51,424 nt of DNA from Lama guanicoe. Lineage: Eukaryota. This document shows positions 13,115 to 25,790 of this stretch, in pieces; positions within the stretch are counted from its first letter, which is position 1, and every line of letters begins with the position of its first letter. Below the pieces are notes generated by a model. That model was not told where the DNA came from. It did not search any database and was given only the letters and a program-made list of their open reading frames with translations. Position numbers and translations under genes: made by a program. The DNA is taken from assembly GCA_013239625.1 (NCBI GenBank), contig MU053860.1, positions 62,001-113,424 on the forward strand. Reading direction: 5' to 3'.

Positions 13115-16100
13115 TTAGATTACACATATGAGCGATCTCATATGGTATTTTTCTTTCTCTTTCTGGCTTACTTCACTTAGAATGACATTATCTAGGAGCA
13201 TCCATGTTGCTGCAAATGGCATTATGTTGTCGGTTTTTATGGCTGAATAGTATTCCATTGTATAAATATACCAACTCTTCTTTATCCAGTCACCTGTTGA
13301 TGGACATTTAGGCTGTTTCCATGTCTTGGCTATTGTAAATAGTGCTGCTATGAACATTGGGGTGCAGGTGTCATCCTGAAGTAGATTTCCTTCTGGATAC
13401 AAGCCCAGGAGTGGGATTCCTGGGTCATATGGTAAGTCTATTCCTAGTCTTTTGAGGAATCTCCACACTGTTTTCCATAGTGGCTGCACCAAACTGCATT
13501 CCCACCAGCAGTGTAGGAGGGTTCCCCTTTCTCCACAGCCTCTCCAGCATTTGTCATTTTTGGATTTTTGAATGACGGCCATTCTGACTGGTGTGAGGTG
13601 ATACCTCATTGTAGTTTTGATTTGCATTTCTCTGATAATTAGTGATATTGAACATTTTTTCATGTGCTTTTTGATCATTTGTATGTCTTCCTTGGAGAAT
13701 TGCTTGTTTAGGTCTTCTGCCCATTTTTGGATTGGGTTGTTTATTTTTTTCTTATTGAGTCGTATGAGCTGCTTATATATTTTGGAGATCAAGCCTTTGT
13801 CGGTTTCACTTGCAAAAATTTTCTCCCATTCCGTAGGTTTTCTTCTTGTTTTATTTCTGGTTTCCTTTGCTCTGCAGAAGCTTGTAAGTTTCATTAGGTC
13901 CCATTTGTTTATTCTTGCTTTTATTTCTTCTAGGAGAAAATTTTTGAAATGTATGTCAGATAATGTTTTGCCTATGTTTTCCTCTAGGAGGTTTATTGTA
14001 TCTTGTCTTATGTTTAAGTCTTTAATCCATTTTGAGTTGATTTTTGTATATGGTGTAAGGGTGTGTTCTAGCTTCATTGTTTTACATGCTGCTGTCCAGT
14101 TTTCCCAACACCATTTGCTGAAGAGACTGTCTTTATTCCATTGTATATTCTTGCCTCCTTTGTCGAAGATGAGTTGACCAAAAGTTTGTGGGTTCATTTC
14201 TGGGCTCTCTATTCTGTTCCATTGGTCTATATGTCTGTTTTGGTACCAATACCATGCTGTCTTGATGACTGTAGCTCTATAGTATTGTCTGAAGTCTGGG
14301 AGAGTTATTCCTCCAGCCTCTTTCTTTCTCTTCAGTAATGCTTTAGCAATTCTAGGTCTTTGATGGTTCCATATAAATTTTATTATGATTTGTTCTAGTT
14401 CTGTGAAATATGTCCTGGGTAATTGGATAGGGATTGCATTAAATCTGTAGATTGCCTTGGGCAGTGTGACCATTTTAACAATATTGATTCTTCCAATCCA
14501 AGAGCATGGAATATCTTTCCATTTTTTAAAGTCTTCTTTAATTTCCTTCATCAATGGTTTATAGTTTTCTGTGTATAATTCTTTCGCCTCCTTGGTTAGA
14601 TTTATTCCCAGATATTTTATTACTTTGGGTGCTATTTTAAAGGGGATTGTTTCTTTACTTTCTTTTTCTGTTGATTTATCGTTAGTGTAAAGAAAGGCAA
14701 CTGATTTTTGAACATTAATTTTGTAACCTGCTACCTTGCTGAATTCTTCGATCAGCTCTAGTAGCTTTTTTGTGGACCTTTTAGGGTTTTCTATATATAG
14801 TAACATGTCGTCAGCATATAATGACACTTTTACCTCTTCTTTTCCAATTTGGATCCCTTTTATTTCTTTCTCTTGCCTGATTGCTGTGGCTAGGACTTCC
14901 AGGACTATATTGAATAGGAGTGGTGATAGTGGGCATCCTTGTCTTGTCCCAGATTTTAGTGGGAAGCTTTTGAGTTTTTCACCGTTGAGAACTATGCTGG
15001 CTATAGGTTTGTCATATATAGCTTTTATTATGTTGAGATATGTTCCCTCTATACCCACTTTGGCGAGAGTTTTTATCATAAATGGGTGTTGAATTTTATC
15101 AAATGCTTTTTCTGCATCGATTGAGATGATCATGTGGTTTTTGTCCTTTCTCTTGTTGATGTGATGTATTACATTGATTGATTTGCGTATGTTGAACCAG
15201 CCTTGTGTCCCTGGGATGAACCCCACTTGGTCATGATGTATAATCTTTTTTATGTGTTGTTGGATTCTATTTGCTAAAATTTTGGTGAGGATTTTGGCGT
15301 CTATGTTCATCAGTGATATTGGCCTATAATTCTCTTTTTTTGTAGTGTCTTTGCCTGGTTTTGGTATCAGGGTGATGGTGGCTTCATAGAATGAGTTTGG
15401 GAGTATTCCCTCCTTTTCAATCGTCTGGAAGAGTTTGAGAAGGACTGGTATGAGTTCTTCTTTGTATGTTTGGTAGAATTCCCCGGTGAAGCCATCCGGT
15501 CCTGGACTTTTATTTGTAGGGAGGTTTTTAATTGCTATTTCTATTTCCTTTCTAGTGATCGGATTGTTCAAGTGTTCAGTTTCTTCTTGATTCAGTTTTG
15601 GTGGACAGTATGTTTCCAGAAACTTGTCCATCTCCTCTAGGTTATCCAGTTTGGTTCCATATAGTTTTTCATAATATTCTCGTATGATATTCTGTATTTC
15701 TATTTTGTTTGTTGTAATTTCTCCATTTTCCTTTCTTATTTTGCTAATTTGTGCTCTCTCTTTTTTCTTCTTTGTGAGTTTGACCAGAGGTTTGTCGATT
15801 TTATTTACTTTTTTAAAAACCAGCTTTTGGTTTGGTTGATTTTTTCTATGGTCTTGTTAATCTCTATTGTATTTAATTCCTCTCTGATCTTTATTATTTC
15901 CTTCCTTCTGCTGCTTTTTGGGGCTTTTTGTTCTTCTTTTTCTAATTGATTCAGGTGGTGGGTTAACTTGTTTATTTGAGATTGTTCTTCTTTTTTGAGG
16001 AAGGCCTGTATCGCTATAAACTTCCCTCTTAGCACTGCCTTTGCTGTGTCCCATAGGTTTTGAGTGGTTGTGCTTTCATTATCATTTGTCTCAAGGTATT

Positions 16101-16909
16101 TTTTAATTTCAGCTTTGATTTCCTCATTGATCCAGTTTTTTCAATAACATATTGTTTAATCTCCATGCTTTTCTTTTTTTCTCCTTTGTTTCTCTGTTGT
16201 TGATTTCCAGTTTCATGGCATTGTGGTCAGTAAAGATGCTTGAGATAATTTCTATCTTCTTAAAATTTTTGAGGTCTCTTTTGTGCCCAAGTACATGATC
16301 GATCCTGGAAAATGTTCCATGTGCACTTGAAAAGAATGTATTTCCTATTTTTGGGGGGTGTAATGCTCTGAAAATATCCACCAAATCTAGTTTTTCTATT
16401 GTACTATTTAATTTCTCTGTTGCCTTGTTTATTTTCTGTCTGGAAGATCTGTCTAGTGATGTTAATGCAGTGTTAAAATCTCCAACTATGATTGTATTCC
16501 CATCAATATCCCCCTTAATCTCTGTTAGTAATTCTTGTATGTACTTATGTGCTCCTATATTGGGTGCATATATATTAACGAGTGAAATATCTTCATTTTG
16601 TATCACTCCTTTAATCATTATAAAATGTCCCTCTTTATCTTTCTTTATGGCCTTTGTTTTAAAGTCTATTTTGTCTGAAATCAATACTGCAATACCTGCT
16701 TTTTTGGCTTTTCCATTTGCATGGAATAACCTTTTCCATCCTTTCAATCTCAACCTATATGTGTCCTTCTCCCTAAAGTGTGTCTCTTGTATGCACTATA
16801 TTGAAGATTCTTGCTTTATTATCCAGTCTGCCACTCAATGTCTTTTGACTGGAGCATTTAGTCCATTAACATTTACAGTAATTACTGATAGATGTGTGTT
16901 TATTGCCAT
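13115..16909 (-). pseudogene. L1 ORF2p (endonuclease, reverse transcriptase, C-terminal Cys-rich domain), disrupted in its 5' part
   Basis: Starts MAINTHLSVITVNVNGLNAPVKRH* at 16909, with two stops early in the EN domain and frameshifts near 16130 and 15810. The 838-aa open stretch 15631-13115 contains QGCPLSP and YADD RT motifs and [18 protein letters not shown]. Confidence 0.95.
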
Positions 16910-17308
16910 TTTGAACTTATCTTTGCAGTTGAATTTGTATATCCTCCTTGTTCATTTCTTCTTTCTTTTGTGGTTTGGTAGTTTTCCTTTGTATTATGAT
17001 GGATTTTATTTAACCTTTGTGAAACCCTTGTAAATTTTTTACTTGTGTTTGCCTTTTTTGGAAATATATTAACCCATTACTATAACTGTTTTTATTAAAC
17101 TGATAGTAACGTGATCTCAAACCCATCCTACTGTTAAAAAAATTTTAAAAAGAAAGAAAAAGTATTCTATATTTCCCTGCCTCCCTCTCCCACTCTCAGT
17201 GATCTGTATGTCTTTTTATGATTTCATGTTTTGTTTATTTGTAATTCATGAGTTATCACCTTTCCAGTTGTGAGTTTCTCATTTCTGTAGCCTCTGCTGC
17301 TTTTCTAT

Positions 17309-18211
17309 TTACAATAGCCCTTTCAATATTTCTTTTAACATTGGCTTATTGTTGCTAAACTCCTGCAGCTTTTTTTTGTCTGTGAAACTCTTTATTTCTC
17401 CTTCTGTCCTAGAGGATAGCCTTGCTGAATAAAGTATCCTAGGCTGCATCATTTTTTCATTCAGGGCTTTGAATATATCTTGCCACTCCCTTCTGGCCTG
17501 TAGTGTTTGTGTAGAGAAATCATCTGAGAGCCTTATGGGGGTTCCCTTGTAACTTACTCTTTGCTTTTCTCTTGCTGCCTTTAGAATCATTTCTTTATCC
17601 TTGAATCTGGCCATCTTGATTATGATATATCTCTGGGTGGGTCTATTTGGTTTCTTCCTATTTGGGACCCTCTGAGCTTCCTTTACTTGGGTATCTGATT
17701 CCTTCTGTAAGTTTGGGAAGTTTTCAGTCATGATTTCTTCAAAAACCTTTTCTATCCATTTTGATCCTTCTTCCCCTTCTGGGAACCCTATTATGTGAAG
17801 ATTGGGATGCTTTATATTATCCCATAAGTCCCTTATGCTATTTTCATTATTTTTTATTGGCTTATCTTGTAGTTCTTCTGAATGAGTGCTTTCTATTGCC
17901 CTGTCTTCTAGATCACTAATTTGTTCCTCTGCATTATCTAGTCGGCTTTGTACAGCTATTAGTTCATTCCTCATCTCTGTCAATGAGTTTACCCATTCTA
18001 CTTGGCTCTTCTATATAGCTTCAATTTCATTTTAGACATATTTTATGTCTCTAAACACTATCTCTTTTAATTCCTTCAGCAATTTGATCACTCCTTTTTT
18101 GAAATCTTGATCTAGTAGGCTATCGATGTCTATTTCATTGATCTTTCTTTCAGAGGATTTCTCTTGTTCTTTTAATTGGGAAAGGTTTCTCTGCTTCTTC
18201 ATCTTGCTCAT
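17309..18211 (-). pseudogene. L1 ORF1p with two premature stops
   Basis: ATG at 18211 (MSKMKKQRNLSQLKEQEKS...) is in frame with the 224-aa ORF containing ENFPNL, ILKAAREK and ARREW. TAA at 18034-18032 and TAG at 18013-18011. Confidence 0.93.
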
Positions 18212-18649
18212 ACCTCTCTGGCACTGTGGTTTATGGAGTATCAGTTGTCTATTTTGGATCTTAAGGTTTTTATCTATCTAATGCCTATTTAGGAATAGAA
18301 CTTAGGAAAAAAGAGAAAAAAATAGAAAGAATTTTAAAAGAAGGGAAAAAGAGGGTTTGAAAACAGTGTATAACGAATAATAGAAGAGCGAGTTGAAGCA
18401 GAGTATTAATCGGGTTGAGACGTCCTTTTAAAACCTTAAAAAAATAAAGTTGGGGGGGAGATGAATAGATGTATTTGAAACCTGTGTCTATTCAATAACA
18501 GGACATCAAAACCCAAGAGAAATAGAATTGAGTTAAGAAGTAAAAATTAGGTGAGTAATAGAAAATAGAACAGGTAAAAACAGGTTTTAAAAAAAATGGT
18601 TGTCGGTGTTCTCCTGTAGTCCGTGTGCTTTTAATGTGAAGTCTTTCTG

Positions 18650-19866
18650 TCTTCGTCCTATTTTGGAAGCTCAGCTTGTTGTTTTCAGAGGCCCTCTGTT
18701 GGCGCCCTCTTCTGTGCTGCTCCCAGCACCTGTTGGCAAGCTGATCGCGCCTCCTCCTAACACGGGGTCAGGTGCAGCTCTCCTCTGCTGTGGGCGGGTG
18801 GGTCACTGCCCCTCCAGATGCTGCAGTCAGATGTTGCAGACTGACCAGGAAGGAGGGCGGGTCGTGCCCCATCCCAGCACCTCGGTCAGGGGCTGTGTTC
18901 CTGCCCGAAAGGCGGGGGCCGCTCTCCCTCTTCCTGCGCTGCCGGTAGCTCCGCTGCTCTGTGTGGCTGCGCGTTCCGCCCTGGTCGGCACTCCACAGGT
19001 TGGCTCGGGGAAGTCCCAGGGACAGCCTTGTCCCTGCTCCGAGCCAAAACCCAGCTTCTTGTTTGTCTTTGTGGAGCAAGTTTTCTGAGGGACCAGGATG
19101 GAAGGATCCTATCTGCCCCGGGCTGTAGTCCCGTCTCAGTCTGGCCCTTGAGACTGCTAAACCCGTCAGTGCAGATGCAGGTTTCACCCCCGGCCCTGCC
19201 TGGGTGCTCAGCACCATAGAATATGGCGGCTGTTCCTGGGCCCCGCCTCTCTTCCCCTGAAAAGTTTCCGCGGGTTTTCAGAGATGGGGGTATGCACCCT
19301 TCCCCGAGAGCACATCAACCTTGCTGTTTTATGGAGGGCCCAGGTTGTTCTGTCCTGTACACCCACAGCCACAGCGCCCAGCCCCTTGCAGTCCCCTGGA
19401 GCTGCCTCCATGCAGCTGCCCCCATCCTCCGCCCAGCTTGTGCAGCCTGGCCCTGCCGGCCACTGCCGGCCCGTGTCTCAGGCTGGGTGTCGGGGGGATG
19501 CTCTGTGCCCATTTAACTTAGTTCTGTCAGACAAGGGCTGCTCTGTACAGATCCGAGCCTTGGAGGCTCCCCCTCCGTCCTGCTGACCTCTCAGTTGGAA
19601 AGGGGAGACCCAGCATGCGAGCGCCAGTCCTCCTTTGCCGCTCCATCCCCGTGGGACCCGTCCCACCCTGCTTTGCCTTTTGTTCTTTCTTTTTTCATTT
19701 TCTTCTACCAGATTTTTGGCGTCTTGATCTTTTGAAGAGGGTGAAGTTCTGTCCGAATTCCGCAGGTGCTCTGGTTGGCTGAGTGGGTCTGTAGATGTGG
19801 GTCTTGGTGTATTTGTGGGAGAGGGTGACTTACGAGTGTCCTTCTACTCCGCCATTTTCTCTGTCT
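18650..19866 (-). promoter_or_regulatory. L1 5'UTR internal promoter, GC/CpG-rich, with YY1-like sites
   Basis: Minus-strand aaaatggcgg at 19858-19849, just inside the 5' end where L1 YY1 sites sit. A second aatatggcggc lies on the + strand at 19220-19230. Many CpGs. Confidence 0.75.
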
Positions 19867-20799
19867 CTCATGGTTCTTTTCTATCAATCTTCCTTTCTTA
19901 TTCCAGCACAATATCTTACATATTGTAAAAATTATTTAATATTTGACAGTGTGATTTGTTTTTGATTCTTTTCTTGCATCCCAAATTTTCTTGGCCATTA
20001 TTATCACTTTATTATTCCTGAAGAATTCAAAAATATTTTGCTCAAGTTGAAAAAACATCAGATAAGAATTTTGATGGGATTTTTTAGTAAGTTTTGAATT
20101 ATATTTAGGAGAACTTATATCTTTAAAAACTGCTTTCCTCCATGCAATATTTTGATGTCTCTACATTCACACCTCTTAGTTTACCATTCAGTACAGTCCT
20201 GTAGTTTTCTTAATTTAGAACATGGGCATAATTTTTGAGTTTATTCCAGATTATTGTTTATGTTTTTGTTAATTTTGTGAGAATTATTTGCTATTGTATT
20301 TTATGACTGCTTAAAACTGACACCTAGAAAGGCAGATTTGATTTGTAAATACTCACTTTGTAACTTGTCATTTAAATTTGGAAATATCAAGTACTTGTTC
20401 CAGAATCCTTTCAATTCTGTTTTTAAAAATATGTTTCCAATATTATCAAAATGGTCATAACTAAGCAGTACAGGTGGGGAGAGAGAAGGAGAGAGGTAGT
20501 GTGGCTTATGTACAAACTGTGAGCAGTTCCATGGCTGCCTTTAGCCTGGAGAAGCCCCACAAAAACCCAGGTTAATCCAGGGGTGGCTTTTTATGCACTT
20601 GAAAGCCAGCTTTCCTGCCTTTATTGTGAAGCCTGGTGGGCGTGGCAGGTAGATGATCAAGGTCCGATGGAGGTCATTGGCTGCACAGTGTGCTGTGTCT
20701 GTGAGAACTGGAGGCCACTGCCATGGGAAATGCTTGGTGCCAGGAACACTGCAGGGAAGCTGGGAAGCCTGTGTGTTAAGGATTTTCCAGTCTTGGAAG

Positions 20800-21010
20800 T
20801 GGGAAGTTCAGACTCTACATTCAGATCTGAGTTTGAATTCATCCTCTCTTTTTTACTGGTCCGTTGACTTTTGTCAGGTTATATACCCTCTTTGAACTCC
20901 TGTTTTCTTGTCTCTCAAAACAGGAGAATTACAGCCTGCTGCTAGAGTGTTTGTTCAGGGTAAATGATTTGTGTCTATAAGATGCCACGTACAGTCACAA
21001 GCTCAGTGAG
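20800..21010 (+). mobile_element. MIR fragment
   Basis: cagatctgagtttgaattcatcctct...gacttttgtcaggttatataccctctttgaactcctgttttcttgtctctcaaaacagga. Confidence 0.6.
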
Positions 21011-22049
21011 AAATAGGCTGCCATTTCTTCTGCAACTCAGTGCTCAACAAGACATCAGGGGAAGCCAGTTCCTAATTTGTATGTGAAGCAAGTAGGAACA
21101 AAATTAATGTTTTGCCTTTCTCTAGCAGTACACTTACTCCTTTGCTTCATTTACCTCTTTCCTCCTTTTCTTTCACTTCCTCCACCAAAAGAGACTAAGA
21201 CTCTCTCAGAACACTAGATTCAAATAACTTTAAAGGTTGGCTCATCCACTTGAAATGACAGTGACATAAAAAAAATCTGTTCAATTCCCAGACTTGACTG
21301 TATTTGATTTACACACACACAAACACACACATACACGTCAGGTTACCTCTCACTTGCTGAGGGAGAAGGACCACTTTTTCTGAGTTTTCATTCACTGAGC
21401 ATGAGAGCGAAGTCTCTTAATCAGACTTTCTCCTGGCTCCATGCATGGTTTTTTATTGGATTTCTCTGTGGCCATAGAATTATTCTCCTATTAGAAGAGA
21501 GGAATTGGAGACATAGAGATTCTGCTGAGACATCGGAGTCTTCATATTTGAGTTGGAAATGTCTTAAGACAGCATACAGTCATAACTTTTTATGGGTGAG
21601 AATCCATGATAGTGTAACGTGGCAAGAACCTGGGTCTTCTGCCATCGTGTCCATGCAGGTGAAGAGGCAGCTGGGTGTGGGATGGCAGGGATCCTTCTTG
21701 CTTGAGTTCCAGGGTCTTGATAGTTTTCATTACTCAGCTGCCTTTAGTTTATGTCCATGTGGCCTCTCATGGGAAGGTCACTCTGTCCTGATAAATTGAG
21801 TTTCTTATCAGCAAAAAGCTCTGGATCCACTCACATTTCCCAGAGTTTTTCTGCTGACCTGCTGACACTTTATGTAAATGAAACCTAAGAAAACTACTGG
21901 ATATAAAATCCTTATTTTTATCATTTGCCCTCTAGGTCCATAAGAATGGGGTGCTGTCTCAGGCTGTCTAAGGCTAGATCTGAACAAAGATAGGGTGATA
22001 GGCTGTGCTGCTGTACCATCACAAGTGGAATGGAATTTCCACCTTGGTT

Positions 22050-22210
22050 TTTAGAATCAGGCAGACAAGTTCAAATCTTGCCTTTACCAGTTACTAGCTT
22101 TGTGACCTTGAGGAAGAAAGTTTACTTTTTTGTGTCCTATTTTCTTTATCTGTAAATAAGTTCAGTATTTATTTTAGGGTTTTTGTTTTAGAATTGAATG
22201 AGTTAATTCC
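22050..22210 (+). mobile_element. MIR fragment
   Basis: tagaatcaggcagacaagttcaaatcttgcctttaccagttactagctttgtgaccttgagg...tttctttatctgtaaa. Confidence 0.75.
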
Positions 22211-22804
22211 CTCATTTATACCTTAAATAATGATAGTGTAGTTCTATGCTGGTGCCTTGGTAGTTGATTACTAAGGGAGTTGGCAATGAGAATGGGGGTG
22301 GGGGACCCCTGGATTATAGAGCTTATATTCCAGGATATGCTTTTAAAAGACTGGATGTGCAGTGGATTTTTAGTAAATATCCGTTCTTTTCCTAATCCCC
22401 ATTGATTGTATGTATATTTGTACTAATATATGAACATTTTTGTTGCAATTTAAATTTCTTTGTAGTATTTAAAATATGTAGTTATAACAAAAATACGTGA
22501 AATAAAATGATTTGATTTTTATTTTCCTTTCAATAAGCAAAACAAAAGAAAATAGAATAGAATGAAAGTTTTGAAGGACTAGAAATAATTTTATTTCCAT
22601 GAAATCAAGTCTCTATAATAAGTTTTTTGGTTTTGTTGTTAAACGGCATGTAAAATTAATAGGTTGTGACTTCAGTGTTGATACCTAGGTGATTTTCTTG
22701 TTATTGTTGTCTTTGATGAATTATTTACAGTAGATCATAAATGATGTGCATGCTACATATTGGAAATGAGGAAGCAGTGGAGACATACTACCTCCAATGT
22801 ATTT

Positions 22805-23343
22805 TGTTACCAAGTCCAAATTCGTTCTGCTTGCCACATGACAGGCCAATAAATTGGGAGATGAGGTGTTGGGGCAAGGAATAGTGGGTTTATTTGAAAA
22901 GCTGGCAGACCCAGAAGATGTCAGACTGATGTCCGGGAGAACTCTCTTACCCAAGTCAGAATTCAGGCTCGTTTTATATTGAAAAGGGGAGGGAGTGTGG
23001 TTGGTTGTTGCAAACTTCTTGCTGTATGAATTGTTTGTCCTTGTTATCCTTCATTCTTGCAGCTGTCCATATGGGTCAAATCATTGTGCCCCTGTAAAAC
23101 CTACAACAAAACAAAGATTATTCTCTATTTTGCAACTTGAAACTCTCTACATAAGTGCAGAAGAGCTAACATCCTTAAATATCAGAGCCCAGAGAGTAGG
23201 CTTTCCTGTATATTTCATGCTAAAGGCAACTTTCTTTCACAAAAGGTGCAGAGCTAGCAAGTCTGAGCTTAGAAAACAGGGCACAGGGTTAAAGCCAAAG
23301 GAACAGATCTAACACGGAGTCAGATTTCTTCTTTCCAATTACA
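22805..23343 (-). mobile_element. Solo LTR, ERV1 class (539 bp)
   Basis: TG...CA termini (tgttacc...caattaca) and perfect 4-bp TSD ATTT at 22801-22804 and 23344-23347. AATAAA and TATAAAA lie on the minus strand. Confidence 0.9.
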
Positions 23344-24504
23344 ATTTCTTTTTCCATCTCATAAGTAATTTTAGTAAAAAACATAAGCAATTTTGTATAT
23401 TTGCTTCTTGATAACCGATAAGTGGGCTGACTATATTATTGTGAGCAGGGATGCTGTGCGTGCCTTGGGGTCACAGCAAACTCCTGTTGAGGGTGGTTGA
23501 CCCCACAACACGTCTAATGCCCACAGGAGTGTTGGTGAAAGTCCCCCCAGCCTGGGGCTCTATTCAGGGACCAGCATATGGGCATTGACTTCTGGAGACC
23601 TCTTTTTCGGCTACAGGAAATTTTCTCAGATACTGTGGTTGAAAAATCACTCCAGCTGGGGACAATTAGGGAATAAAGGAAGAGGAAAAGGGTTTGGAGA
23701 AGAGTAGAAGAGAAATGCAGAAGATCAGGGAGACTAGGGGCTTGCCAGCGGGGCCTAGGGAGAGAGGGGAGCAGAGGTGGGGAGGGGCCCGGCTCCAGAA
23801 ACAACTCCTGCACCTGTCCCCGCACCCAAGCCACACAGTTTTTAATTGGCCTGGGCCACTCTCCTGGCTGGATGTCACCCTGGGCAGAACCTTGAGAACT
23901 GAAGTTGAGGGGTGGGCAGCACTCACCTAGGGGTCACTGAGGACTTTGGTCAAGTCCACAGTGCCTTTTATGGTCATGTGTCTTCACTTGCCCTTTATCT
24001 CAGGATCTGAGGATCAGGAGCAAGGAACTCAGGGAGAGATCCAGGAAGACATCTGACTGTGTTAAGAGAGGACAGACACAGTGACACGGGGAGCAATGAC
24101 TATCACAGCAAACTAAACTGACTTCACAACTAATGCACAGAGCTGCAGGTGTGAGAGAGCCTAAGCCTGTCTTAGAGTGCAGGGGACAAGTGAAAAGAAA
24201 CGGTAAAATTTCCACTGACAATTGAAATTTTGTAAAATAGCCTGCTACTGTTTGTTGTATCACTTGAATGAATGCAGGTGTATTTCTGTGGACATTTATA
24301 GGTTCACTCAACCCCACCAGCCCCTCTTGCCCCCATCAGGGGTGGGTTTTCTCAAGCCCAGTGCCCCTCCTGCTTGGGTGGACCATGCTGTGGGTCCTCG
24401 CCTGGGGCCGGATAGCTACAGGACACTGAGTCCCCGAGGCATGGCCTTCAAGACATGACAGCAACATCTCTGCTCTTGACTGGGGGCCTCCTTTCCCCCT
24501 GCAG

Positions 24505-24631
24505 TGTAAGAATGCTGGTGACTCAGTTAGAAGCATGCATACAAGCGGTCCTTCCATGTCCTCACCATCTAGAAGCAGATCCTGATTCTTCTGTATTTCT
24601 CCAGAATGTGGTTTACAATCACCTTCGACAA
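24505..24631 (+). pseudogene. TRAPPC9: TRAPPC9-like exon, frameshifted (CKNA/VTQLEACIQAV/HVLTI*KQIL/SSVFLQNVVYNHLRQ)
   Basis: ccccctgcAG acceptor and GTGAGT donor at 24632. Aligns to [42 protein letters not shown] with roughly -2, +4 and -1 indels (127 nt vs 126 expected) and TAG at 24570-24572 in the homologous frame. Confidence 0.9.
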
Positions 24632-25399
24632 GTGAGTGTGTGTCCTCTTACAAGTGGAGGAATTACTGCCATTTTCCTGGAACTTACTCACCACTAGTCC
24701 ATCTGATGTTTCTGTGCTAGTATTCAGTATGGCATGCTAAAAATTCTGGAGTCAGATCTTGAAACCCTGATGAAGAGGATTATTTTATTTCTTTATAAGA
24801 TAGTATTTTACTTTCAAAATTCAGAATTTTCAGTTCTTTTAGGATTTTAGGGAGGGTTTGGAGAAACAACTTTGCTCTTACCTTCCTTGTGACCTGTTGC
24901 TTTATGCCTCTAACCTGTCTTCTGTCACTTTTTAGGCGGTTCCATTTGTGACACTGTCCAGGTTTTTCATATTATAAAACATAAAGTCTGTGATAGTACA
25001 GTTCCTTTTATTCTGAAGGCATTCCACAGATACTAATTAAATCTGGGTGTGGTTTTTAGAAGACAGAAATATTAGAACATGTACTTGCAGACTGCTAGTT
25101 TAGAATCCCCAAATCAAAAGTCTAGCTAAATATCTAAAATCTTTCTAATCTAACTTGGATTTGTATGGATAAGTGTAGCAGTTTGCTAAGAACTCAAGAT
25201 CAGGGTTAGAATACAGTCTGGTGTAGCTCGGCAGTCCTCCCGACCTGGCATTTTGCCAGAGGGTGGGGATGAGGTGAAAGGGTGGGACAGGGGGAAAGGG
25301 TGGGGCCAAGGGGAGAGGGTGGGTCCTGCCATCCCTGAGCTGATAGTTTCATGTCAAAGACCTTCACTAGGTGAAGAATTTGGAGTTTCTTCTAAGAAG

Positions 25400-25790
25400 A
25401 TGGGTTTGAAAAGAGTCTTAAAAGCACAGGAGTGACAGAATCCCATTTGTCTCAAGTAGGGAAGAGCAGCTGGGGTGGCCACTGGGAGACTCATGAGTCC
25501 ATGTGGGCAGTATTGGTGGCTTCAACTTGAGCGGTGGGATGGTCAGTGGGAAAAAGCGAACAGATTGAAGACATGTTAGATGGTAAAATGAAAGGATGAA
25601 ATATGTCTGTGAGGGTAGGATGGAGTAAGGCCAGGGTTTCTGGGTGGATTAATAAGGTAAATGATGGTCCTGCTGTGCTCTGAGGAGGGAAAGCTGCAGA
25701 GGGAGTTCTGGGGGAAAACTGATTAGTTCAGCTGTGGGTAAAATGAAGGCTGTTAGATGTGTGGTCTGGGAGCTCAGGTGAGAGCCAGTA
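25400..25790 (+). mobile_element. Probable L2 LINE remnant
   Basis: Purine-rich degenerate motifs typical of the L2 3' region (gaacagattgaagacatgttaga, gattagttcagctgtggg, gatgtgtggtctgggagctcagg). Confidence 0.45.

Larger units (their letters stand above)
12778..19866 (-). mobile_element. Full-length LINE-1 (~7.1 kb), retrotransposition-incompetent
   Basis: Poly(A) at ~12775-12791, 3'UTR, ORF2, ~400-bp spacer, ORF1 and a CpG-rich 5'UTR. 14-bp TSD ctcatggt(a/t)ctttt at 12764-12777 and 19867-19880 with one mismatch. Confidence 0.97.

Noticed and set aside
13115..15631. 838-aa RT ORF as an active or novel reverse-transcriptase system
   Set aside because: It is ordinary L1 ORF2p. The endonuclease part and ORF1 of this copy are disrupted.
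13617..17033. Hydrophobic + strand ORFs (186, 118, 202 aa) as membrane proteins
   Set aside because: These are antisense frames of A-rich L1 ORF2. The same 186-aa ORF recurs in the second L1.
18600..19911. Several GC-rich ORFs, possibly an ORF0 analogue
   Set aside because: Expected by chance in a GC-rich L1 5'UTR. I see no similarity to primate ORF0.
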